This document shows positions 48,448 to 58,650 of a stretch of 64,000 bases of DNA, piece after piece. This stretch comes from a virus (taxonomy: Duplodnaviria > Caudoviricetes), in the IMG/VR virus record IMGVR_UViG_3300024581_002364, positions 4,870 through 68,869 of that record; one strand, 5' to 3'. Made by a program: the position numbers and the translations under genes. The notes under the pieces were generated by a model. It saw only the letters and a program-made list of their open reading frames with translations, had not been told where the DNA came from and searched no databases. Numbering within the stretch: the stretch's first letter is position 1; the number at the start of each line of letters is the position of its first letter.

Positions 48448-49212
48448 TTGTCAACATTAGTTACTAATGCTCCTCCGGTTAAAGTTTGGGTACGTAAAGA
48501 ATATCTTCGTGATCTCCGTGATGGGCATGGTGAGTATGTGCTTGGCTATTGGGTCTCTATTAAATCCTTACCAGGGCGGTGCTTCTATTTCGAGACATAT
48601 TTACCGACCTATGGTGCGCTCTATGACAAGCTACCGATCTCTGCTTTCTTAGCCTGGGACTCAGATCACCCTGATGCGCCTGTTGCACCAGATCCTGATT
48701 TACCTATTGAAGAACTTCAATTTTGGAATTGTTTTAGTCATGATATTACAACGATTGAAAAAAATCTTACCTACACAATGGAATGGCAAATCCGTACTAA
48801 GACCGAAGGTACTCTTAGTGGGGACTATCTCTTTACTATTGACAGTTACAACGGCGACCGCAGCACAACTGATCTCTCCTTCGCAGAAACTCCAGACGAA
48901 CACAAATCGTTCAACATTATCCAACTGTCGAATGGTCAGATTGCAGCTTATCCCAACAACAGATGCCGTCTTATTGACCCTTCTTTGTCGCCGGAAACCC
49001 TCTCCACCCCCGACTTCCTTGTCTCAACAAGGTATTTCAATGTTGAATATCCAAATGCAAAATGGGGAAGGCTAGGAGAATCAGAAGAGTATTTTTGGAA
49101 AACCAAAACAGAAGAAAAGAAAAAACTACCTGATCCTCCAATGTATAAAACTAAAAATAAAATTTATAAAGTATTTGTACCTGATTCAGATGTAGAAGAA
49201 TTTGATCGGTAG
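48448..49212 (+). CDS. Conserved phage hypothetical protein
   Basis: VWVRKEYL...GALYDKLPISAF...HKSFNII.L.NGQIAAYPNNR. Confidence 0.7.
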   Translation: MSTLVTNAPPVKVWVRKEYLRDLRDGHGEYVLGYWVSIKSLPGRCFYFETYLPTYGALYDKLPISAFLAWDSDHPDAPVAPDPDLPIEELQFWNCFSHDITTIEKNLTYTMEWQIRTKTEGTLSGDYLFTIDSYNGDRSTTDLSFAETPDEHKSFNIIQLSNGQIAAYPNNRCRLIDPSLSPETLSTPDFLVSTRYFNVEYPNAKWGRLGESEEYFWKTKTEEKKKLPDPPMYKTKNKIYKVFVPDSDVEEFDR

Positions 49213-49238
49213 AATAGAAAAGTCGAATATAGTTATCC

Positions 49239-49385
49239 ATGGAAAATATTCTTTCCAATCCTATTACTTGGATCGTAATTGCTGCTGCATCTGAAATTAT
49301 TGCATTGACTCCATTGAAGTCAAATAGCATTATTCAACTGGTGCTAAAAGCATTGGTGCAGCTCAAGCCTTCTGTAAAAAAGTAA
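49239..49385 (+). CDS. Small membrane protein (holin-like), 48 aa, ending in a -1 slippery site
   Basis: MENILSNPITWIVIAAASEIIALTPLKSNSIIQLVLKALVQLKPSVKK; A-AAA-AAG at 49376-49382. Confidence 0.7.
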   Translation: MENILSNPITWIVIAAASEIIALTPLKSNSIIQLVLKALVQLKPSVKK

Positions 49386-49697
49386 AAGGTATCACACCAG
49401 ATGATGCTGTGTTTATAGCCCAGTGGAGTCTTGTTAGTGATAAAAAACGTCTTCGTCAAGAACTAAAACGCCGTAAAAATATGGCTTTAACACCTTATCG
49501 TATTGACGAAGCAATTCGTAAATATAAAGAAGAAACGAATTGGAATCAATCTTCTAAAGGTTGAAACCAAAAAACTACACCATCATTTTCTTCTACATAT
49601 TCTCTAGTAGCGTAAGCGTGATCCTTTTCAAGGGTTTCACACTTGCGCTCTTTATTTAACTCCCAACAAATGTTCACACGTATCGTTTTCTTTTTTT

Positions 49698-49889
49698 TCA
49701 CGAGTACATAGCAGCTAGGATGAGCAACACTGCACATACTCCCCAAAAACCAAGGAACATAACAACAATGCTAAGAAATTCCGAAGACTTTTTTACAGAT
49801 TGCATATTTTTTGTCTCGGTCTGCTTTACCATTCCAGCCTCCGTTGATTCTGTAGCAACATTCATCGAATCCTTTTGTAAGGCAGACAT
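49698..49889 (-). CDS. Small membrane protein overlapping the endolysin 3' end
   Basis: C-terminal TM helix FLSIVVMFLGFWGVCAVLLILAAM. Confidence 0.45.
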   Translation of the reverse strand: MSALQKDSMNVATESTEAGMVKQTETKNMQSVKKSSEFLSIVVMFLGFWGVCAVLLILAAMYS

Positions 49890-50457
49890 TTAAAAGATCG
49901 TTATCTTTAATCCATCCTAATGCAGATCTGAAAGGATAATGATCTGTTACGTATTCCCAACCTCTTTCTACAATTTTTGGATCTTGTAAAGTTGCAGCGC
50001 AACGTTCATAGTTATACCGTCCAGTAAGCATTAGAACTCCAGCACCTTTATATTTTTTCCCATCCCCTGGATAAATATTACCTAGGTCAGCTCTCATTTC
50101 ATAAGCTGATCCATCAGCAATTTCTGACATCCAACGGAAGTCACCTGTTTCATGCATAAGGTTAGCAATGAGCATGCACATTGCTCCTTCATGTTTATCA
50201 AATCCGCTAGAACTTAAAAGTTTATTGAAATCACTACAAAAAGTACCATCAAATTTATTTGCATTAAAGCCGGTTAGCTTTTGCATCACATCAGGTGTGA
50301 TAATTTTAGTTGAAATTTTTTCTGGGGCAGCTCTATAGATTTCTGCAAATTCATCCAGTATATGTTCTGGAATTTTTCCTTCTAAAAAATTCCAAGCTGC
50401 GACTTGATGTGACAGCTCTTTGTAGTATTTAGCTGCGTTTTTAAGACTAATTGGCAT
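49771..50457 (-). CDS. GH19 (chitinase-like) endolysin
   Basis: LMHETG, YEMRADLGN...GDG.KYKG.G.LMLTGRYNY, RINGGWNG. Confidence 0.9.
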   Translation of the reverse strand: MPISLKNAAKYYKELSHQVAAWNFLEGKIPEHILDEFAEIYRAAPEKISTKIITPDVMQKLTGFNANKFDGTFCSDFNKLLSSSGFDKHEGAMCMLIANLMHETGDFRWMSEIADGSAYEMRADLGNIYPGDGKKYKGAGVLMLTGRYNYERCAATLQDPKIVERGWEYVTDHYPFRSALGWIKDNDLLNVCLTKGFDECCYRINGGWNGKADRDKKYAICKKVFGIS

Positions 50458-50459
50458 GA

Positions 50460-50996
50460 TTATTCACCAGAAACTGTTGTTGTTTCACTGGTAGTTTCCT
50501 CTTCTTCTTCATCTTCCGGCTCGGGTTCTGCAGGAGGTTCAGGTAACCAAATTTGATATTCTACGCCTTTAATATAATTTTCTAATTCAGGAACAGTAGT
50601 ACATGCGTTAATTGCGGTTTCTTTTTCATTACAACGTGTACGAATCAATGCACGATCTGTTTGCACTTCCATTGGAACTACTAAACCAGCAGAAGGGTCT
50701 GCAGCACGAATAATCATCCAGTCTGTTTCTACTAATAATTTATTGCAAGTTTCTTTAACTTCTTCTACCCAATAAATTTTTAAATTATTTAAATCTTTTG
50801 GTGTTGTCGCATTTGAATAAAAACGACGATCATAAGAAGGTGAAGAAGAAGTAACAGGATCAGGAGTAATAACAATACCGATGGCTGTTTTTTCTTCTGT
50901 TGTGCTAACAGTTAACCAATTAGCTGGATACAAGTTTCCGGATGAATCTTCGAAAGATTCCCCTTCTTTTAAAACTTGACCGTCTAAAGTGTACAT
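50460..50996 (-). CDS. Tail fibre assembly/chaperone-like protein
   Basis: YPANWL...EK.AIGI; LL.ETDWMIIR; R..IR..C...E.AI; directly after a fibre gene. Confidence 0.7.
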   Translation of the reverse strand: MYTLDGQVLKEGESFEDSSGNLYPANWLTVSTTEEKTAIGIVITPDPVTSSSPSYDRRFYSNATTPKDLNNLKIYWVEEVKETCNKLLVETDWMIIRAADPSAGLVVPMEVQTDRALIRTRCNEKETAINACTTVPELENYIKGVEYQIWLPEPPAEPEPEDEEEEETTSETTTVSGE

Positions 50997-51029
50997 AATT
51001 TACTCACTAATAAATGTATTTTACTGTAT

Positions 51030-53429
51030 TTAACGTGCACGAGCTGTCTTTAGAGGTGATTCGGCACAGGCAATATAAATATATGTGATGGTATCGGCAT
51101 TAATCAAATTAATTGTACCTGCTATTTTAAATCCATTTGAATAAATATTGATATTACGAGAGCCAGTATCAGTTTCTGCGTCAGCATTATTTGTGCTTAA
51201 TGTTGATTCAGCAGGATTAACAGTAGAACGTGTTGTGTCGTACCAGACCCAGTCTCTAGATGCGGGTGAACCAACAGCGAGAACGGCGCGAATTATAATC
51301 CATTTGGGCCTAAAACCTGTGTAGATAAAAGGTCCATCAGCTGATCCGTTTCCAATATAACTATTTATTGAAGTAATACCGTTTGCTTCAGCCCATGCTA
51401 AACATAAATATGTATCAGAAGCATTTACTGCATTGACATTGCCAATACTAATAACTGAACTAGTGGGATTAGTACTTTGCCAAGCATTAGTATTTTGAGG
51501 AGCACCATCAGTACTAAAACGTATAAATTTATCATTTCCAACTCCTTCATGATAACTAGTCCAATGTCCATTGGAACCTAAACGTTTAATAACAACAAAT
51601 TTAGGCGTAACTCCTAATCCATGTCCTACTGTGCCACTGGAACCGTTTCCAGTGTAAGTAAACAATGAAAAGTTAGCATTACTATTTACGCTAACTGTCG
51701 TTGTTATGCTTCCATCTGTATTAGATGTAGTCCCATTTCCGCCCAAGAAAACTGGCGCAATAAATGTAATACCATTTTGATTCACATCATTATTACTACC
51801 AGGCAAAGTAAATCCATTAGTATCGTAAGAAGAAATATCAGTTGAACTCGTTTCGTTATTATTAGTGTTAACAAGTAAACGTTTTCCTGTACCTCGTATT
51901 GCATTATTAAAAATATGATCTGTAGCTGCTACAGATTTTTTCTTCATCCAGATAATATCAGGCTGAAAGTTTAAAACTGTAATAGGGTTTGAAAGTCCTG
52001 TTCCCTCATATTCAACTACATCCATTACATCTTCTCCGTTATCTACGGCTGGATCTTGAAGATTAGTTGTACAAATTGATTGATAACCTGTTGGTAGATG
52101 TTGAAAAGGTTGTTGCCCAAAGTTTATTGTATGGTCTGTAGTACCGGCTCCATCAAAGCAACCACCGAAAGGCAACCATACTGTATTAGCTTCTATGCTA
52201 TAAGCTGTACCTACTGTTCCGTTTTGAGACCATGAAATTTCATCATCGTCTAAATTAATTAGGCAACCAATAATATTTCCTGTAGCAGGAGTAAAATCAT
52301 AAGTAATATCTGTACTGCTGTTATTTGCTTGATATTTAGCTGTGTCCATGCGTAAAACATGTCCTGAATCAGCAGTACCGAACTGTTTATCATCACCAAC
52401 TGAGTAAGCAAGCTCAGCAGGAGCTATTCCACATGCTCCATTGACATCATTAGCCATATCACACTCAAAGTAATATTTACCAGAGTCTCTAATGGCAATT
52501 GTTGCTAAACTTGATCCTGTATCAGTACTCCCTGCTGTAATTCTTAAATTACCTCTTGTTACAGCAAGTTCTGTAGATGTAGCTAAATTATTTAATATTG
52601 CATAATTCCCGCCATTATTTCCTGATGTTGCAGTGTAGTTTGTAGTTGTATCAACAACACTGTCAGTGGCTTCATCAATGTTAGTAACACTAAAATTATT
52701 GCTGTTACCACTTCTATCTGTTCCAAGAGCAGCAGCACTGCTGTTGTCGGTAAAGTCTAAATAAAAACCATTTGTTCCATATGTTCCAGCATATTCAATT
52801 GGATCCCAAGAGCCAGTTGTACTGTCAGTTTCACCAAAAGAACTTTCGTCAAGTGCTTGACCATCAATAAAATAAAAGTCAGTTAAATAACCATCAAAGT
52901 CTTGAGTGTTTGTACCATATCGACCAATATCGTGTGCTGTAGTAGAAATATTCCAATAAGTTTCGTAATTTTGTGCTGGATAAGTTGCGGATTTAAAAGT
53001 TTGCTCAACTCCGTTAACGTAAACTTTTATTCTGTCAGTATTAGTTGCTTGAGTTGTGTCAATAGCAACTACAATATGATACCAAGCACCAGTATCTGTG
53101 AATTGATTATCAAGGATTACACTTAGCTGAGTAGTTCCTCCAATTCTTGAATAAATATTTAATCTATCTCCTTCACTAGTATCTAATTTAATATGTGCAC
53201 GATTATCAGCGTCGGTATAAGTACCAAAAATACTTCCATCAGTTTCTAACTGCTCTGTGGGCTTCATCCAGAAAGACACAGTAAATGTTCTTCTATCACC
53301 TGCAGATGAAAAAGTTTTATCAAGATACGTGTCTAAGTCACTGCTAAAGCGTAAACTTCTCTGTTCGCCAGTGGTTTCTTCAGCAGCTTGTCCTGCAGCA
53401 CCGCCAATAATTTGCCCAAAAATACTCAT
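51030..53429 (-). CDS. Tail fibre/receptor-binding protein with LamG- and SPRY-like domains
   Basis: SLRF...TFTVSFWMK...WYHIVVAIDTT...YVNG; GKYYFE; GTNGFYLDF. Confidence 0.85.
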   Translation of the reverse strand: MSIFGQIIGGAAGQAAEETTGEQRSLRFSSDLDTYLDKTFSSAGDRRTFTVSFWMKPTEQLETDGSIFGTYTDADNRAHIKLDTSEGDRLNIYSRIGGTTQLSVILDNQFTDTGAWYHIVVAIDTTQATNTDRIKVYVNGVEQTFKSATYPAQNYETYWNISTTAHDIGRYGTNTQDFDGYLTDFYFIDGQALDESSFGETDSTTGSWDPIEYAGTYGTNGFYLDFTDNSSAAALGTDRSGNSNNFSVTNIDEATDSVVDTTTNYTATSGNNGGNYAILNNLATSTELAVTRGNLRITAGSTDTGSSLATIAIRDSGKYYFECDMANDVNGACGIAPAELAYSVGDDKQFGTADSGHVLRMDTAKYQANNSSTDITYDFTPATGNIIGCLINLDDDEISWSQNGTVGTAYSIEANTVWLPFGGCFDGAGTTDHTINFGQQPFQHLPTGYQSICTTNLQDPAVDNGEDVMDVVEYEGTGLSNPITVLNFQPDIIWMKKKSVAATDHIFNNAIRGTGKRLLVNTNNNETSSTDISSYDTNGFTLPGSNNDVNQNGITFIAPVFLGGNGTTSNTDGSITTTVSVNSNANFSLFTYTGNGSSGTVGHGLGVTPKFVVIKRLGSNGHWTSYHEGVGNDKFIRFSTDGAPQNTNAWQSTNPTSSVISIGNVNAVNASDTYLCLAWAEANGITSINSYIGNGSADGPFIYTGFRPKWIIIRAVLAVGSPASRDWVWYDTTRSTVNPAESTLSTNNADAETDTGSRNINIYSNGFKIAGTINLINADTITYIYIACAESPLKTARAR

Positions 53430-53444
53430 TTTGTTTGCCTCTTA

Positions 53445-54542
53445 TCAGGAATAAGCACCTGTACCAACACAATGAATACTGGTTGCTGTTCGCACAATAT
53501 AATCTAGTCTACTTACTGTATCTGCACCACTTGGAACAGCAAAACCAGATCCGTCAATAAAGTCCCAATTGGTACCATATGCAAAAGAATGGCCTCCAGT
53601 GCCATCTTGAATTACAAAAATTGATCCTACTTGACCAGGGGTAGCATTAGTCGGATTACCTAATGTAGTACCACCACTTAGAACAAGATTAAAATTACAA
53701 GAAGATGCAAAGTCTGGTGTAGGAGTTGAACTCCATGCAAGGTTAGCAATTTCTGCTACTGCACCATTTTTAGCAGTAATAACACCTGATTCAGAAATGG
53801 AAACTCGTTCAGTTCCTTGAGTTGTGAAATTAATATTCCCTGCCGCTCCGGTATAAATACCGGTATCAAGATCACCAGTAAAAGTAATGGAAGGAGCTGC
53901 TGCACTACCGGAACCAAAAATTCCAGTTGCTGCATTTAATGAACCGGCTTCAATATTTCCTGAAACAATAATGCCACTACTAAAAAGACCGTCACCGCTA
54001 ACAGTAAGACCACTCTGGACTACTACTGTTTCAAATGTTGGATTAAGATTAGCGCTGGGAATATCAGTAAGTCCTTGCCAAGCCCCATCACGATATCCTT
54101 CAAATACTGTTGCTTCTGAGTTGAGGCGAATCATGCCTTCAACAGCTGTAGGACGTTGACCTGAAGTACCTACTGGAACTGTCACAGCACCAGTGCCACC
54201 TAATGCAACACCAGTGCTGCTGACAATGGCTCTAGCTGCACCTCCAATAGCAACACCTACTTCATTTGTTAGCGGGGAATAAAAACCAGTATCAACATCA
54301 CCTGTAAAAGTAATAGAAGGAGCACCGACTGCTCCGGATGCAAAAATACCAGTAGTTGTGGTGATGCCGCTAAGAACAACTAAATCACCATTAATAAACG
54401 TATTACCACTAACATTTAGTCCACCGCTAACCGTGTTTCGATCAGTCAGGCTAGACACGGTGATAGTAACGTTACCCTCACTAGGAGAAACGCCAGTGGT
54501 ATACGTTATATAGTCAACCCTTACTTCCCCGTATTGTGGCAT
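53445..54542 (-). CDS. Tail fibre protein
   Basis: Repeated APSITFTGD.DTG.Y; C-terminal QDGTGGH...GTNWDF. Confidence 0.8.
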   Translation of the reverse strand: MPQYGEVRVDYITYTTGVSPSEGNVTITVSSLTDRNTVSGGLNVSGNTFINGDLVVLSGITTTTGIFASGAVGAPSITFTGDVDTGFYSPLTNEVGVAIGGAARAIVSSTGVALGGTGAVTVPVGTSGQRPTAVEGMIRLNSEATVFEGYRDGAWQGLTDIPSANLNPTFETVVVQSGLTVSGDGLFSSGIIVSGNIEAGSLNAATGIFGSGSAAAPSITFTGDLDTGIYTGAAGNINFTTQGTERVSISESGVITAKNGAVAEIANLAWSSTPTPDFASSCNFNLVLSGGTTLGNPTNATPGQVGSIFVIQDGTGGHSFAYGTNWDFIDGSGFAVPSGADTVSRLDYIVRTATSIHCVGTGAYS

Positions 54543-54573
54543 GATCTTATCAATACATATTTGTTATTCTACT

Positions 54574-56865
54574 TTAGGCCGACCAAATTGTTAAAACAAA
54601 GCGTCCTTCACTATCACCTGTACCTGACTCAATAGTCATTGCACGGTTTCCATTGCAAGATGAACTGATACGTTCTCCTGCATCATTGTAAAAGCCTGTA
54701 TTGGCATCACCAGTAAAAGTAATTCCAGGGGCACCTGATGTGCCCCAAGGGAAAGCTGCTTGTCCGGAGAAAACAGTTAATCCACCAGATATTTCTGTGT
54801 CGTTTTGAACAATTAATCCGGATGTAACGATATCACCGGAAGCGGTAAAATTACTGGTGCTGAAATTTTGAACTTCTGCGTCAGTAAAGATACCTGTTGT
54901 TGCACTGACTAAGACACCGGTAATTGTGGTGCCAGTAATATTTACAAAACTACCATTAGTTGCGGAAACAGTTGTTCCGGTAATTGTCCCACCGCTAATT
55001 GTGGTTCCAGTAACGTTAACGTAGCTAAGGTTTGTACCAATTGCAGTTGCTGCAAGTGATCTGTTAAAGACACCTGAAGTAAATTCAGCAGTAGTTCCAG
55101 TTACTGTTGTAAATATTCCGGTAGTAGCAGTGACATTTCCTGTGGCAGTAATGTTTTCTTTTACGTCTAAGTTTCCTGAAACAACTAAATCACCAGAGAA
55201 AGATAATTCTTCTAGGTTAGCTACACCATCAACAGTAAGATCACCACGAACAACAAGTCCGCTAACATTACCTGATTCAGCATAGATATTATTAATACCT
55301 GTGATGGTGGTTGCTCCATCGCCAATAATGTCTCCGCTGACTCTTACATCATCAGTCGTAACAACATTACCTGTGACAGTAATTCCACTTCTAAAGTTAG
55401 TGGTGCCGTGCTGGTCTAAGGTACCGCTATTAACAATGGAGCTAGCAATATAAAGTTCATCAAAACGTGCTTGGTAACCAGATACGGTATATCCAGAAAG
55501 ATTGGTAAAGTAACCATAAATACCAGTGATAGTATTTCCGGTAATAGTCCCGCCAACATTTAAATCGCCATCAATAACACCGCTTCCACTAACGGTAATA
55601 CCACTTTGAACAGTAAAATTACCACTAATAGTTTGGTCTCCACTAAAACTTAAAGCTGCAGCATTAAGAGTAGTGACGTTAATCAGGTCAGAATTAATAG
55701 TTGATAGGTTGGCAGTTGTGCCTGTAATTGTTCCAAACGCTGCGGTAGTTCCTGAAACTCCTTGAAAAGTACCTGTTGTAAACGCTGCAACAGACCCACT
55801 AACAACATTAATGTTCGCTGTTGTTCCGGTTAAGGTGTTGGTGTGAATACCTAAAGAAACAAGTTGGGAAATATTACCGCTTACACCAGTAAGAGTTTGA
55901 GCAGTGAGTGAGTTATATGTACCGGTATCACCTGTAATAACAGTACCCGAAATGTAATTAAAATCACCGGAGGTAACATTTAAAACACCAAAGTTACCTG
56001 TATCCCCTGTAATTGTCCCACCGCTGATTGTTCCTGCAATTTCGTTATTAGCTGAAAAAATTCCACTAACACCAGTAAGAGTTTGAACTGTAAGTGCAGT
56101 ATATTGACCGGTGTCACCTGTAATAACAGTGCCAGAAATGTAATCAAAATCACCGGAGGTAACGTTTAAAATGCCAAAGTTACCTGTATTACCTGTAATT
56201 GTCCCGCCACTAATTGTTCCTGTAGTTGAAATACCCGATGAAAAAGTACCACTGGTAACAACTATGCCTGTTGCAACTAAATCTTGTACGTCTAAATAAT
56301 CAAAATAACCTGATACTACGTCTAGACCTTGATTAACCGTAAGATTATAAAAAGTGCCACTAGCACCACCAATAGAATCACCTGTAATAGTCGTACCAGA
56401 CAGGTTATCAAAATAACCACTGGAAAAATCAATGGTTACACCTGTTGCAATTTCAAAATTGCCTGAAACAGCTTGTAAATAATCAGTAATTGTATTATCA
56501 ATTGTGATTTGATTGGCAACAATATTGCCTGTTACTGTCAGATCAGTGCTGATATTTACACCGTTTGTAAATCTAACGCCACTTTCAAAAAGCGCACTAC
56601 CACTAACGGTTAAATTATTTTCTAATACAGTGTTTCCGCTAACTTCTAAATAACCAGAAACCAAAAGGTTCCCAACTTCAAACGGATCTATTTCGCTTGT
56701 ATTGACATAATAAGTATCTAAATAATTACGAAATTCTGAAAACGTAATTTTTTTGTTTCGCAGAGCAGGGTCAACTTCAAAAACATCAACCAGGGTTAGT
56801 ACGTCCTGGTCGACGATATCCCCAGCTTCAATTGAGGGAAATTGAGTTATCTTTCTATTTGGCAC
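54574..56865 (-). CDS. Long Thr/Gly/Ser-rich tail fibre shaft protein
   Basis: Many SGTTITG/TVSG repeats and a 62-aa internal duplication. Confidence 0.75.
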   Translation of the reverse strand: MPNRKITQFPSIEAGDIVDQDVLTLVDVFEVDPALRNKKITFSEFRNYLDTYYVNTSEIDPFEVGNLLVSGYLEVSGNTVLENNLTVSGSALFESGVRFTNGVNISTDLTVTGNIVANQITIDNTITDYLQAVSGNFEIATGVTIDFSSGYFDNLSGTTITGDSIGGASGTFYNLTVNQGLDVVSGYFDYLDVQDLVATGIVVTSGTFSSGISTTGTISGGTITGNTGNFGILNVTSGDFDYISGTVITGDTGQYTALTVQTLTGVSGIFSANNEIAGTISGGTITGDTGNFGVLNVTSGDFNYISGTVITGDTGTYNSLTAQTLTGVSGNISQLVSLGIHTNTLTGTTANINVVSGSVAAFTTGTFQGVSGTTAAFGTITGTTANLSTINSDLINVTTLNAAALSFSGDQTISGNFTVQSGITVSGSGVIDGDLNVGGTITGNTITGIYGYFTNLSGYTVSGYQARFDELYIASSIVNSGTLDQHGTTNFRSGITVTGNVVTTDDVRVSGDIIGDGATTITGINNIYAESGNVSGLVVRGDLTVDGVANLEELSFSGDLVVSGNLDVKENITATGNVTATTGIFTTVTGTTAEFTSGVFNRSLAATAIGTNLSYVNVTGTTISGGTITGTTVSATNGSFVNITGTTITGVLVSATTGIFTDAEVQNFSTSNFTASGDIVTSGLIVQNDTEISGGLTVFSGQAAFPWGTSGAPGITFTGDANTGFYNDAGERISSSCNGNRAMTIESGTGDSEGRFVLTIWSA

Positions 56866-56904
56866 CCTGCTCTAAGCCAAGTCCTAGAACTATTATAAAG
56901 CGGC

Positions 56905-57345
56905 TTATTTATCTCGAATTTCAATCCTTGGCAGAAAATCAGTAGTAAATTTCCACAAGGCTTGTCCTCCTAAAACAATACCAGCTGAAATAACAAAAAC
57001 AACAGCAAGTTCAGCCAGAGTCAAATTACGTCGTACATAAACAACCTTTTGTTCTGGTTGTGGTACAGGTTGTTGAATTTGAGGAATAAACTGAGGAGCA
57101 GGCTGAGACACAGATTGAGGTGCTGTTACTTGTGCAATTGCATCTTGCAAAGCCTTCTCTCGCATTTGTTGAAAGTTCATTTGCGGGCGAGGAGGCTGAG
57201 GAGGAGCAGGAGGTCGCTGCGTTGCAGCAGAAAATTCTGCAGGATTTGAATACCTAGGCCCTTCTGGATCTTCGTAATAAGCTCCTGTTTCAGGAGTGTA
57301 ATGAGGTTGATTACTGGAAGGGACTTGATCTTCCATAAATAACAC
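56905..57345 (-). CDS. Pro/Gln-rich protein with a C-terminal TM helix
   Basis: LAELAVVFVISAGIVLGGQALW. Confidence 0.6.
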   Translation of the reverse strand: MLFMEDQVPSSNQPHYTPETGAYYEDPEGPRYSNPAEFSAATQRPPAPPQPPRPQMNFQQMREKALQDAIAQVTAPQSVSQPAPQFIPQIQQPVPQPEQKVVYVRRNLTLAELAVVFVISAGIVLGGQALWKFTTDFLPRIEIRDK

Positions 57346-57382
57346 AGTATGTTCATAGAAACTGTAGCATTATTTCTTACAT

Positions 57383-57826
57383 ATGTCGGAGCTTATTAAG
57401 TCACTGGATTCTATTTCTAGTGAGCTGAAAGGTATTAGAAATATTCTGGCGTCTATGTGGCATTCTCGTTACAAAGATGGCGATACCGATCAAGTTAGTC
57501 CTGAGATTTATGCTGATGAATACATTTCTACAGAAGAATGTGCCAAACGCCTTGGCGTAACTGACCAAACAATTCGTAATTGGATTTTACAGGGTAAGAA
57601 AAAACATAAAGCTGATTTTGCTGGTTGGGTTCAAGGTATTCATTATGTTGTTATTCCAACGGGTCCTAAAAAACAAATCGTTCGAATTCCCTGGAACCAA
57701 TTGATTCTGTCTTATCAAAAAGGACCGGAAGCTAGTCTACGTACTTTTGATAAAACCTCCAATCATTTATATACGTCAGATCGACGTAAACATTGGGACA
57801 ACGTACCTAAACCCCGCCAAGAGTGA
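57383..57826 (+). CDS. HTH DNA-binding protein (excisionase/MerR-like)
   Basis: YISTEECAKRLGVTDQTIRNWI. Confidence 0.8.
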   Translation: MSELIKSLDSISSELKGIRNILASMWHSRYKDGDTDQVSPEIYADEYISTEECAKRLGVTDQTIRNWILQGKKKHKADFAGWVQGIHYVVIPTGPKKQIVRIPWNQLILSYQKGPEASLRTFDKTSNHLYTSDRRKHWDNVPKPRQE

Positions 57827-57827
57827 T

Positions 57828-58289
57828 ATGCCACATCGTTTTGATTATATCGATATTGATATGCTTACTCTTAAAAACTATAAAGAGAAGCTCCCTGAAA
57901 GCTTGGCAAAACAAGTTGAAATTTTTATTCCTCCTTCTGGTTCTTTTGATGACGCAACACTACGTCGTTACATAACACTGATTAAAGAATTTGAAATAGA
58001 AGATCCAAATAGCAACATGACATTAGCTAATCGCTTGCGTCTTGCTTTTGCGGATATGGAGCCAGACACTATTTGCAGTAGGTTTCCCAATGCAGACTTG
58101 CCTTTAAAACGCAGGCTTCGTTGTGTAGCTGAATATCTTATTCGTGCTGGCGAATTTGATAAAATGCGTGACGAAAATGGTAAGCTAATCAAGAAGCGCG
58201 GTGTTTTAGGTAAAATGGTTGTCATTTATCAACCTTTACCTAAGATGTTGGCAATACTGCAAAAACAAAGGCTGGTATCTAATGAGTAG
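57828..58289 (+). CDS. Hypothetical protein
   Basis: Start MPHRFD; packed with its neighbours. Confidence 0.65.
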   Translation: MPHRFDYIDIDMLTLKNYKEKLPESLAKQVEIFIPPSGSFDDATLRRYITLIKEFEIEDPNSNMTLANRLRLAFADMEPDTICSRFPNADLPLKRRLRCVAEYLIRAGEFDKMRDENGKLIKKRGVLGKMVVIYQPLPKMLAILQKQRLVSNE

Positions 58290-58650
58290 ACGAGAAGATT
58301 TAATTAAATCAATTTGTGGCAAAGATTTAGAAGGCAATAGTGCAAGGTACGCCGATGCCACTATCAAGTTAATTCTTGGCGATATGGGTAAATATTATGT
58401 GAAATTCTGGAATGCTGAAGGCCCTGGTGTCATGGTGATGGAGCCTAAATCTGAGCGTTCAATGTTTTGGCTGACTTTAGAAGAACTTCATGCTGCTTCT
58501 GAAAAAGCCGAGGGCGAATTAGCAGAAACATTTAGCACTATTCTTCAATCTGCCCAAAAAATTAATCCAGAAGCTGGTGCGGCATACATCATCAACGATG
58601 AAGAAGGAATGCGCTATTTTGTTATTGATTACAATGAAGCTTCTGCGTAA
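58282..58650 (+). CDS. Hypothetical protein
   Basis: Start MSRRED; stop overlaps the next ATG. Confidence 0.65.
   Translation: MSRREDLIKSICGKDLEGNSARYADATIKLILGDMGKYYVKFWNAEGPGVMVMEPKSERSMFWLTLEELHAASEKAEGELAETFSTILQSAQKINPEAGAAYIINDEEGMRYFVIDYNEASA

Noticed and set aside
57383-57826. Lysogeny module (excisionase-like HTH; tRNA as attP)
   Set aside because: No integrase or repressor in the window; the tRNA is full-length with its own promoter.
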